64,000 nucleotides of DNA from Polyangiales bacterium (GTDB lineage Bacteria; Myxococcota_A; Polyangia; Polyangiales; JADJQN01). Positions within the stretch are counted from its first letter, which is position 1. Every line of letters begins with the position of its first letter. The translations under genes were made by a program, and so were the position numbers. The stretch lies in the NCBI GenBank assembly GCA_964202905.1, contig CAXNJO010000002.1:160001-224000 (forward strand), written 5' to 3'. Positions 20,303-29,133 of this stretch are shown in pieces. The notes below the pieces were generated by a model. That model saw nothing but the letters and a program-made list of their open reading frames with translations, was not told where the DNA came from and ran no database searches.

Positions 20303-21222
20303 CAAAGGTCGACCGCCAGCGCGACCTCACCGAGCGCCGTCTCGACGTGTCCGGGCTCGAGCACCTGCGCGACGGGGACCCGAAGCCCCGCGACGAGCAG
20401 CACGTCCGTGCCGAGCGACGCGACGACGTCGAGTCCGACGAAGACGATGCCGCCCCCGGTCCCGCGCTCGCGCTGGCCGTCGATCGTGCGCACGCGGGCG
20501 TCGACGCGGGCGTCCGCGGCCGCGCGCAACGCCAGCGCGGGCGTGAGCTGCGCCTGCCCCGCGACCGTCACGCGCACCGATTCGCCCGGCGCCTCGCCGT
20601 CCATCGTCCCGAGCCGCGCATAGCCGACTGCGCTCGCGAAGAGCGAGAATTGCCCCGCGAAGTAGGCGTAGGAGACGCCGAGCAGCGGGCTCCACACGCC
20701 GGTGCCGACGAGCGCGTCGCGCGGCAGGCCGACGTCGGCCGACGACGCCACGCCGGTGGGCACCGCGACGCCCCCGACGACGGCGAGCAGGTGCCGCGGC
20801 GCGAGCGACGGGTGGCGGTACACGAACCCGCGCGCGCGCAGCTCCGCGTCGCCGGGCGCGAAGGCCGTGCGCCGCGCTTCCCCCTCGATCGAGACCGATC
20901 GAAGCACGAGCGGCATCTCCGCCGAGAGCGTGAGGCGCGGATGCGGCGTCCAGGCCACGGTCAGGTCGCTGCGCGCCTCGAGGAGGCGCACGTCACCGAG
21001 GCGATCGCCGCGGACGCGCGTGCGGAGGGCGGCCCGCAAACGCCCCGCGAACGGCTGCTCGGCGCCCATCACCGTGAGCGTCGGGTCCCCGCTCGCGCAG
21101 GCCGCGCACGCACGGACACGGGCGGGTGGCAGGGCGACGGCGATGGCGATGGCAAGCGCCACCGTGATGCAGGCGGCAGCGGACCATGCCGACGCACGCC
21201 GCGCCGACGACAGCCAGGCCAC
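20302..21222 (-). CDS. Putative outer-membrane beta-barrel (MetA-pathway/transporter-like) with N-terminal CxxC
   Basis: Signal peptide followed by ACAACASGDPT; GDAELRAR, VPTG and alternating beta-strand pattern ending LAVDL. Stop overlaps the regB start region; start uncertain. Confidence 0.6.
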   Translation of the reverse strand: MAWLSSARRASAWSAAACITVALAIAIAVALPPARVRACAACASGDPTLTVMGAEQPFAGRLRAALRTRVRGDRLGDVRLLEARSDLTVAWTPHPRLTLSAEMPLVLRSVSIEGEARRTAFAPGDAELRARGFVYRHPSLAPRHLLAVVGGVAVPTGVASSADVGLPRDALVGTGVWSPLLGVSYAYFAGQFSLFASAVGYARLGTMDGEAPGESVRVTVAGQAQLTPALALRAAADARVDARVRTIDGQRERGTGGGIVFVGLDVVASLGTDVLLVAGLRVPVAQVLEPGHVETALGEVALAVDL

Positions 21223-21470
21223 CCCACGCCACGCAGGCACAGGCCGCGCGCACACGCGCGGATCCTGCGGCGCGCCGCGAGGCGGGGCGCGGTCCGGAGC
21301 CGCGCGTGGGGGGGCGCGCTGGGCGCGTCGGGGAGCGGTCGGGCATGGTGTGGGGCGGGAATGACTTCGGCGCGCTCGCCCCGCCATGCGGCCGATCGTC
21401 GCGCCACGCGACGCGGGGGTGCGCGCCTGCGGGGCGTCGCCGCGCCCGCACGCGGTGCTAGACCGCCGGG

Positions 21471-22187
21471 ATGACGACGGCGTTCGTGGCGGGGGCGACG
21501 GGCTACACGGGCCTCGAGGTGGTGCGCGCGCTGAGGGCGCGGGGCGTCGAGACGCACGCGCACGTGCGCCCCGGTTCGAGCGCGCTCGCGCGGGTCGAGC
21601 CGCTCTTCCGCGAGGTGGGCGCGCTGCTCGACACGACGCCGTGGGAGGAGTCGGCGCTCACCGCGACCCTCGCGCGGATCCGACCCGACGCGGTCTTCGC
21701 GCTGCTCGGCACCACGCGTGCCCGCACGCGCGAGGCGGCCCGGCGCGGCGACGACGCGCAGCGGCTCGGCTACGACGCGGTCGACTACGGACTCACGGCG
21801 ATGCTGCTCCGCGCGGTGCGCGCCGCGGGGCTCACGCCGCGCTTCGTGTACCTCTCCTCCGCGGGCGTCCGCGAGGGCACGGGGAGCGCGTACCTCGCCG
21901 CCCGTGCGCGCGTCGAGCGCGCGCTGGGCGAGAGCGGCGTGCCCTACACGATCGCGCGTCCGAGCTTCATCACGGGGCCCGATCGCGAGGAGGACCGCCC
22001 GCTCGAGCGTGTCGGCTCGGCCGTCGCCGACGCGGGCCTCGGCGTGCTCGGCGCGCTCGGCGCCCGGCGGCTGCGCGAGCGCTACCGCAGCACCACCGCC
22101 GCGACGCTCGCGGCGTCGCTCGTGCGCCACGCGTTCGAGCCCGGCTCGGCGAACGCGGTGCTCGAGTCCGAGTCGCTGCGCCGCTGA
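21471..22187 (+). CDS. NAD(P)-binding Rossmann-fold (atypical SDR) protein
   Basis: FVAGATGYTG, VDYG, FVYLSS, YLAARARVE and IARPSFITG. Confidence 0.9.
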   Translation: MTTAFVAGATGYTGLEVVRALRARGVETHAHVRPGSSALARVEPLFREVGALLDTTPWEESALTATLARIRPDAVFALLGTTRARTREAARRGDDAQRLGYDAVDYGLTAMLLRAVRAAGLTPRFVYLSSAGVREGTGSAYLAARARVERALGESGVPYTIARPSFITGPDREEDRPLERVGSAVADAGLGVLGALGARRLRERYRSTTAATLAASLVRHAFEPGSANAVLESESLRR

Positions 22188-22214
22188 GCGGCCAGCGGCC
22201 AGCGGCCAGCGGCC
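22188..22214. repeat. Short 7-bp tandem repeat (AGCGGCC, about 4 copies)
   Basis: gcggccagcggccagcggccagcggcc directly after the stop at 22187. Confidence 0.8.
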
Positions 22215-22333
22215 GCGGCGTGCGCGCGGCGCGTGCGGAAACCCCCGAACTTGACGCGGCGCGTCAAGCATTCAAACGCCGACATTTCCAGCACGCGGGC
22301 GAGTGGAAGCCCACGCACGGGCACGGCGTGCGG

Positions 22334-25300
22334 TCAGCGCGGCGCGGGCGGCGTCGGCGACCGCCGCAGCCGCCATCGGCGCGCCATCTCGGGGCTGGGG
22401 AAGCCGAGGCGTGCGTGCGTCTCGAGCTGCGCGAGGGCCGCGGGATCGGGCGACGACGCGGGCGCGGACGGGGCGCGGAGCTGCTCGAGGCGCTCGAGGA
22501 TCGCGGCCACCGCCCAGTCGCGCAGGCGCGCGCCCGGGTCGAGCGTGTCGAAGCGCGGCGCGGGCGCGAGGAAGGGCTCCGAGAGGCGGCCCTGCGGGCT
22601 GCCCGCGACGGCGAGCGCGGACGTCAGCGCCTCGATCGCGAGGGCGCGCTGCCCCCACGCGTCCGCCGCGCGCGCGAGCGTGAGAAAGCGCGCGAGCTCG
22701 TGCGGTCCATCGAGGGCGCGCAGCGCGTGTGCGAGGGCGCTGCGCAGGGCGAGCGCGCGCACGCGAGGGAGCGCCTGCGGGTCGCTCGCCCACGCGACGT
22801 GCGCGAGCGCGGCGCGGTGCGCGCGGTGGCCCGGCGTGTCCGCGTCGAGCGCGCGTCGCAACGCCGGGAAACGCCCGAGCAGCGCGGCGGACACGGCCCC
22901 CGCGGCGTCGAGCCCCGCCGGCGGGGTGGGCACATCACCCGCGGGGTCCGCCAGCAAACCGCGCGCGGCGAGGTGCGCCGCGCGGGCCGGCGAGGCCGCG
23001 AAGAGCGTGTCGCGACCGGGCTCGGCGGGCTCCGCGTCGTCGAGCGGCCAGAGCAGGCCGAGCGCGGGGACGAGACGGTAGGGCGCCCAGCCATGCACCG
23101 CGAGCGCGGTGCGCACCGCCGCATCGAGGGCACCGCGCGCATCGCAGGCGAGCACGACGAGCGGCGCGTCGGACGCGAGACACGACGCGAGCGCGTCGAT
23201 CGCGGCGGGCACGCACGCGTCACCCCCGAGGCGCACGACCGACACGACTTCGAGACCCGCGAGACCCGCCGGCGACACGCACCGCCGCGTCCGCGCCCGA
23301 CGCCGCCTCGCGCACCGCGAGCTGCGCGAACCCGTTCGCGGACGCGCTCGCGCGGAGACGCGCCGCGACGCGTGGATCGGCCACCTCCGCGCACACGCGC
23401 CCGGTCGGCCCCGCGGCGCGCGCCAACGACAACGCGACGAGCCCGTGATCGGCGCCGACCTCGACCGCGACGCCGCCTGCGCCGAGGGCCGCGCCGAGAA
23501 AATCGGGCACCTCCTCCGCGAGCGCGCCGCGCGTCTCGAGCGCGCGCGCGACGGGGTGCGTCTCGTCCGCCGGCGACGCGACCCGCAGACCGCCGCGCGA
23601 CACGCGCCACACCGACGCGGGGTCGGGCAGCGCGCGCTCCGACACGGCCCCCGTGTCCGGCGTGCGTGCCGTGTCGAGCGGCTCACGCCGCGTCTCCGAC
23701 GCGGACGCCACATCGCCCGCAGCCGCGCCTTGCGCGCGCCCTGCGACGAGGCGTGCAGCCTCGAGGAGCGCGGCCTCGAAGGCACGCGCGAAACGGGGCG
23801 GATCCGTGAGCCCGCCCGCGTGCAGCCGCTCCCGCAGCGAGGCGCGGAGCGCGACGCGGCGCGGCTCGTCTCCGAGCAGCGCGCGGGCCGTCGCGACGTA
23901 CGCGTCCGCGTCATCGACGGCGAGCTCGCGCAGCCCCGCCCGCGCGAGCAGGCTCGCGCCGACGCGCGACACGTGCGCCCCGCCGAGCAGGCTCACGACG
24001 GGCACGCCCATGAAGAGCGCGTCGCACGTGGTCGTCGTGCCGTGGTACGGGAACGGATCGAGCGCGACGTCGACCTCGGCATACGCCTCGAGGTGCGCGA
24101 CGAGCCCGGGCACGTAGCCGCGCAGCGTCACGCGCTCCGTCGGCACGCCGTGCGCCTCGAGCTTCTCCGCGTAGCGCGCGCGGCCCTCGGGCGTCGAGAG
24201 CGTCGCGTGCTTGAGCAGGAGCCGCGCCTCGGGCGTCTCGCGCAGCAGCCGCGCCCACAGCGCGAGCGTCTCGGCGGAGAGCTTGGTCAGCGCGTTGAAC
24301 GAGGCGAACGTGGGCGGATGTCCGAGCGTCGATGGCGCGGGCGCGGCGGGCGGTGCGCCCTCGGGCGGCCGGTAACAGAGAAAGCCGCCCTCGACGCGCA
24401 GGAGCCGCTCGGTGTGGAGCGGCTCCGTGAGGCCGGGCGGGTCGGACTCGGCGTCCGTGACGCGGAAGTCGATCGACGAAAGACCGGTGGTGTCCGGGTA
24501 GCCGAGGTACGTGAGCTGCGCGGGCGCGGGCCTCCGCGCGAAGACGCCGAGGCGGTTGCCCGTCGTGTGGCCGGAGAGGTCGATGAGCAGATCGATCTCG
24601 TCCGCACGAACCCGCTCCGCGGCCGCGTCGTCCGTGAGCCCGACGAGGTCGCGCCACACATCGACGTGCGCGAGCAGCCGCTGGCTCACGTCGTCGAGCG
24701 CCGCGGTCTGGCTGTAGGCGAAGAGTTCGAAGCGCGCGCGGTCGTGGTGCGCGAGCAGCGGCTCGAGGAAGAACGCGACCGAGTGCAGCCGGAAGTCCGC
24801 GGAGACGTAGCCGAGCCGCAGCCGCCGACCCGGCTCGGGCCGCAGCGCCCGGGGCGGAAGGCGCGCGACGCCGGCCTCGAGCAGCGTGCCGAAGCGCCGA
24901 TGCGCGTCGGCGATGCGGACCGGCCCGACCGCGCTCGCGTAGTGCAGCGCGCCGAAGAGCGCGCCGTGCGTGTCGAGGTCACCCGGCGCGAGCGCGAGCG
25001 CCTTCTCGAGGTGCACGAGGGCGCGCACGTGCTCGCCCGCGGCCGACAGCGCCGCGCCGAGGTGCGCGTGCACGCCCGCGTCGTGCGGGGCGAGGCGCGC
25101 CGCGCGCTCGAGCAACGCGAGCGCCTCCTGGAGCTCCTTGCCGACCCGCAGGAGCGCGCCGAGGTTGCGCAGCGCGAGCGCGTCGTCGGGCCGGAGCGCG
25201 AGGGCCGCGCGCGACGCCGCGATCGCCTCGGTGCGCCTCCCGCGCCGGGTCAGCACCACGCCGAGCGTCTGCTGCGCGTCGAAGTCCATGCGCCCGCCCG

Positions 25301-25502
25301 CGAGCGCGGCGCGGCACTCGGCCTCTGCGCCCGCGAGCTCCCCACGCGCGAGCAGCAGCCCGACGAGCGCCCGGAGCGCCTTCGGCTCGGCCGGCTCCGC
25401 GGCCCGCACCGCGCGCGCTGCCTCCTCCGCGCGCGCTGCCTGACCCGCCGCGCGCAGGCGCTCGACGTCGCGCAGCGTCGGCCGCCCTGCCCCGCCGCTC
25501 AA
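22334..25502 (-). CDS. TPR + GT41 (SPINDLY/O-GlcNAc transferase) + FkbM-like methyltransferase fusion, split by a frameshift near 23275
   Basis: TPRs, RLGYVSADFRLHSV, IDLSGHT, RPAPAQLTYLGYPDTTG, SFNALTK, LDPFPYHGTTTTCDALFMGVPVV, then VEVGADHG. Coding-like sequence continues in the 22334 frame (YRLVPALGLL...). TTG start with GGGGAG upstream. Confidence 0.85.
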
Positions 25503-25568
25503 CGCCGTCTCCCCATGCGCGCGCCAGTCCGGGCACGTCGCGCAAGCGCGGACACACGCCGCGCGCGC

Positions 25569-27599
25569 TCAGCGCGCAAGGACCGAGCGCCCCGTGTAGT
25601 GCGCCGGCGGCGCCTTGCCGAAGAAGCGCAGCGCGGTCGGCGCGAGGTCCACGATGCCCGGATCGGCCCTCAAAATCGGGCGATTCGCGACGAGGATGCC
25701 CGGCGTCTCGGCGACGTCGCTCGCCGCGTGATCGCCGCTCCACTTCTTCGGGTTGTCGGCGAGGAGCCCCGCGGGCACGCCGCCGAGGATCGACTCCCAA
25801 CTGGTGCGGTAGTTCTCCGCGAACGCCAGCTGCAGATCCGGCGCATCCGCCGCGCGCCCGCCCGTGAACACCGTACGCCCCTCGTACACGCGGCGCACCA
25901 CGACGGCGCCGCCACGCTCGGTGTCGCGGAGCGCCTCGAGCCCGCTGCGGATGCGCGCGCACACCGCGGGCACGTCGGACGCGTTGACGATCCCCTCGCG
26001 CTCGCGGCCGCGCTGGTTCAGGTAGATCTGTCCGGTGCCGAGCGCATACGCCTGCGTGCGCGACCAATCGACGTCGAGCAGGAAGTCGCGGTCGGAGCCC
26101 TCGGCGTCACCGCGCAGCGCGAGAAACCCATTCTGCCGGAGCCACTGGTTCACGTGCAGGCCGCGCCGGTAGTTGTGAAATCCATGGTCGGAGATCACGA
26201 GCAGCGTGTCCTCGGGACGCAGCGCCGCGAGCACGCGGCCGACGGTCGCGTCCATGCGGACGTACTGCCGCTCGATCGCGTCGCCGTGCTGCTGCGCGAG
26301 CGCGGCGTCGTAGCGCGGGTGCTCGGGGTCCATGAGCCGGTAGAACATGTGCGCGGCGCGGTCGGTGGCCGTCGAGACCCAGAGCAGCATGTCCCAGTCG
26401 TCGCGGCCGAGGCGCGCGTAGAGCATCTGCTGACGCTGCCGCTCGATCTCGTCCATCTCGCGCAGCCACAGCGCCTCGTCGATGACCTCCTCGTTGAGCG
26501 CGCTGGTGTCGTGATCCCAGCCGACGGTCTTGTAGAAGCCGTCGACGTCCGTGACGAGCTCGCCCGCGAACGACTGCGGATACGTGAACGGCGAATACTG
26601 CCGCCGCGGGTGGAACGAGATCGGCGTGAAGAAGAGCCGCACGCCCGGCCGCGCCTCGAGCGCGATCATCCGCACGAGCCCCTGCACCTCGACCCCCTCG
26701 TTCCGAAAGGTCAGCTCGACGAAGCCGCTCTCCTCGCGCACCGGCAGCACCTGCTCGCGTCCGTCGAGCTTCACGACGAGCGCGTCGGGCGCGCCCCCCT
26801 GCCCCGCGCGGCTGCGGATCTCGACGGGCAGCGTCATGCGCCGCGGCGGCGAGCTGCCCGGGATCATCGGCCCCGCGAGCGCGTAGCGCGCGACGCCGTC
26901 GACCACGTCGAGGTGCGTCATCACCCCGCCACCCACGTTGCGCTCGCCGTCTTCGACGTCGGTGCCCGCGTAGCTGAAGGTGCTGTTCGTCTCGCGCAGA
27001 TCGGGCACGCCGAGCCCGCTCAGCATCCGACCCGCGCGCATCGGGTCGGGCGGGAAGCTGTAGGGCACGTTGAGCGCGACCGTCCTCACACCATCATCCG
27101 CGAGGGTCTTCCAGAAGGGCTCGCCGCTCCGCAGGTTGCGCGCGACGGGCGGCCCGGACGCCTGCACCTCGAAGCTCGAGGTGCCCTGGAAGGGCAGCAC
27201 CGGCAGCCCACCCGACGCGGTGTTCACACGGCGCCCGATGAAGTCGAAGATGCCGTGATCGCCGGGCGGCGTGCCCGTCGCGAACGTCGTCCACGCGACG
27301 GGCGACTGGGGCGGGTTCGTGGACGCGAGCTTGCGGTACTGCGCGCCGCCGCCCGCCTTCATCAGCGTCGCGAGGTTCGGCAGCTTGCCCGCCGCGGCCC
27401 AGCGCTCGAGCCAGCGCGGATCGACTCCGTCGAAGCCGAGCACGACGAGCCGACCGCGCGCGGCCGTCGGCGCGGGCGACGCGGGCGCTGGCGTCGCGGG
27501 CTTCTCACCGCCGCTGCAGGCGACGAGCGCGAGGGCGACGACGAGCGAGGCGGCGGAGGCGAGCGTCGCGAGGCGGAGCGAGCGGCGAGGGAGGCGCAT
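25569..27599 (-). CDS. Alkaline-phosphatase-superfamily (nucleotide pyrophosphatase/phosphodiesterase-like) lipoprotein
   Basis: Lipobox LVAC; VLGFDGVD, STNPPQSPVAWTTFATG, HGIFDF, TDRAAHMF, ISDHGF and WSGDH. Confidence 0.88.
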   Translation of the reverse strand: MRLPRRSLRLATLASAASLVVALALVACSGGEKPATPAPASPAPTAARGRLVVLGFDGVDPRWLERWAAAGKLPNLATLMKAGGGAQYRKLASTNPPQSPVAWTTFATGTPPGDHGIFDFIGRRVNTASGGLPVLPFQGTSSFEVQASGPPVARNLRSGEPFWKTLADDGVRTVALNVPYSFPPDPMRAGRMLSGLGVPDLRETNSTFSYAGTDVEDGERNVGGGVMTHLDVVDGVARYALAGPMIPGSSPPRRMTLPVEIRSRAGQGGAPDALVVKLDGREQVLPVREESGFVELTFRNEGVEVQGLVRMIALEARPGVRLFFTPISFHPRRQYSPFTYPQSFAGELVTDVDGFYKTVGWDHDTSALNEEVIDEALWLREMDEIERQRQQMLYARLGRDDWDMLLWVSTATDRAAHMFYRLMDPEHPRYDAALAQQHGDAIERQYVRMDATVGRVLAALRPEDTLLVISDHGFHNYRRGLHVNQWLRQNGFLALRGDAEGSDRDFLLDVDWSRTQAYALGTGQIYLNQRGREREGIVNASDVPAVCARIRSGLEALRDTERGGAVVVRRVYEGRTVFTGGRAADAPDLQLAFAENYRTSWESILGGVPAGLLADNPKKWSGDHAASDVAETPGILVANRPILRADPGIVDLAPTALRFFGKAPPAHYTGRSVLAR

Positions 27600-27706
27600 C
27601 GGGCGCGTACTTTACCCGCGCGCGCCGCCCGCGCGACGCGGCGCAACGCGCGCCTCGCACGCGCGTGGTTGAACGCGCCCGCCGACGTCGCATAGGCTGC
27701 ACGCCG

Positions 27707-28240
27707 ATGACGCGCCCCGCCGATCTCGCCTCGACCTCCTTCGCCGTGCTCGCCCTCGCCGCCTCGCTGGCGTGCGGCAGCGGCGGCGAGACCCCACCCG
27801 CGCCGACGCCGCCACCCGCGCCCGCCGCGCCCCCCGTCGCGACGCCGAAGGTCGAGCCCCCCGGCCCCGCGACCGGCGACGTCGTCGGCATCACGATGCA
27901 GCGGCGCGCACAGATGGTGGCCGCCGGGATGACGCCCGCGACGCCCATCCTCCGCGGCACGCTCACCGAGGGCGCGACGCAGGATTTCCAGGCGGTCATG
28001 CAGGCCGGGAAGTGCTTCAAGATCATCGGCATCGGCGGGATGAGCGTGCAGGACCTCGACCTCAAGCTCTTCGATCCGAACGGCGTGCAGCTCCAGCAGG
28101 ACGTCGCGACCGACAACTACCCCGCGCTCGGCGTCGAGTCGCCGATCTGCCCGAGCATTGCAGGTGCATACCGGCTGCAAGTGCAGATGTATCGCGGGAG
28201 CGGCGAGTTCGGCGTGCAGGTCTTCGAGACGCAGGGCTGA
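27707..28240 (+). CDS. Hypothetical lipoprotein with PPC-like beta-sandwich
   Basis: Lipobox SLAC, Pro-rich linker, DLDLKLFDPNG...C...GAYRLQV. Confidence 0.78.
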   Translation: MTRPADLASTSFAVLALAASLACGSGGETPPAPTPPPAPAAPPVATPKVEPPGPATGDVVGITMQRRAQMVAAGMTPATPILRGTLTEGATQDFQAVMQAGKCFKIIGIGGMSVQDLDLKLFDPNGVQLQQDVATDNYPALGVESPICPSIAGAYRLQVQMYRGSGEFGVQVFETQG

Positions 28241-28260
28241 CGCGCGCGCACGCGGGGCGC

Positions 28261-29034
28261 TCAGGGCTCGAGGCAGAGCCCCGCTGCGCAGGCCCAGCCC
28301 GCCGGGCACGCGACGCCGCCCGCGCACGGTGGGCGCGCGCAGAAGCCCGTCGCGCCGCAGACGTAGGGCGCCGGGCACGCACTCGTCGCGGAGCAGGCGC
28401 GCAGCGCGCAGCGGCCGCTGCCGAGGCAGCGGAAGCCGGCGTTGCAGTCGGTGTCCGCGGCGCAGGTGCGGATGCAGGTGCCGCCGATGCAGTCGGCGCC
28501 GCTCGGGCAGTTCGCGTCGTCGAGGCCGCAGCCGAGACAGATCCCGCCGGGGGCTGCGCGGTTGCACTCCGCGGCCGGCCCGGCGCAGTCGCTCGTCGCG
28601 CGGCACTGGATCGGCCCGAGACCGACGGGTCCGCCCGCGTCGATCGAACTGCCCGCATCGATCGCGCTGCCCGCGTCGATCGAACTACCCGCGTCGATCG
28701 CGCTGCTCGCGTCGATCGAACTACCCGCGTCGATCGCGCTGCCCGCGTCGATCGAACTGCCCGCATCGAACGCGCTCCCGGCGTCGATCGAACTCCCCGC
28801 ATCAGGCGCGCTGCCCGCGTCGTCCGCGCTGCCCGCATCGACCGGGCTCCCAGCGTCGTCCGCGCTGCCCGCGTCGTCGGTCGCGCTCGCGTCGCCGGGC
28901 GCGGCGTCGGGGGTGGCCGCGTCCGCCGCGGGCGGTCCCGCATCGACGGCCGGGGCGATTGGATCGGCGGCGCAGGCGGCGACGGCGAGGAGCCAGGAGA
29001 CGAGCACGGTGGGGACACGGAGTCGAACGCGCAT
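28261..29034 (-). CDS. Cys-rich lipoprotein with DAGS tandem-repeat stalk
   Basis: Lipobox VAAC; 14 hexapeptide repeats followed by CxxxxDC Cys-rich modules. Confidence 0.82.
   Translation of the reverse strand: MRVRLRVPTVLVSWLLAVAACAADPIAPAVDAGPPAADAATPDAAPGDASATDDAGSADDAGSPVDAGSADDAGSAPDAGSSIDAGSAFDAGSSIDAGSAIDAGSSIDASSAIDAGSSIDAGSAIDAGSSIDAGGPVGLGPIQCRATSDCAGPAAECNRAAPGGICLGCGLDDANCPSGADCIGGTCIRTCAADTDCNAGFRCLGSGRCALRACSATSACPAPYVCGATGFCARPPCAGGVACPAGWACAAGLCLEP
28630..28880 (-). repeat. Coding 18-bp tandem repeat, about 14 copies (xDAGSx)
   Basis: Alternating gcccgcgtcgatcgaact / gcccgcgtcgatcgcgct units. Confidence 0.92.
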
Positions 29035-29133
29035 GGCGCGCGCATTTAACGCCGCGACGCGCCGGACGCCAGCGCCGCGTGGGGTCGAGCGCGACGCCGT
29101 CCGAGCGGCGCCCGCGACACGCGCCGGGTGGGA

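Noticed and set aside
28802..29133. ORF-track extension of sppA overlapping the downstream lipoprotein gene
   Set aside because: Artefact of the frameshift near 29357; the plausible C-terminus ends at 29134.
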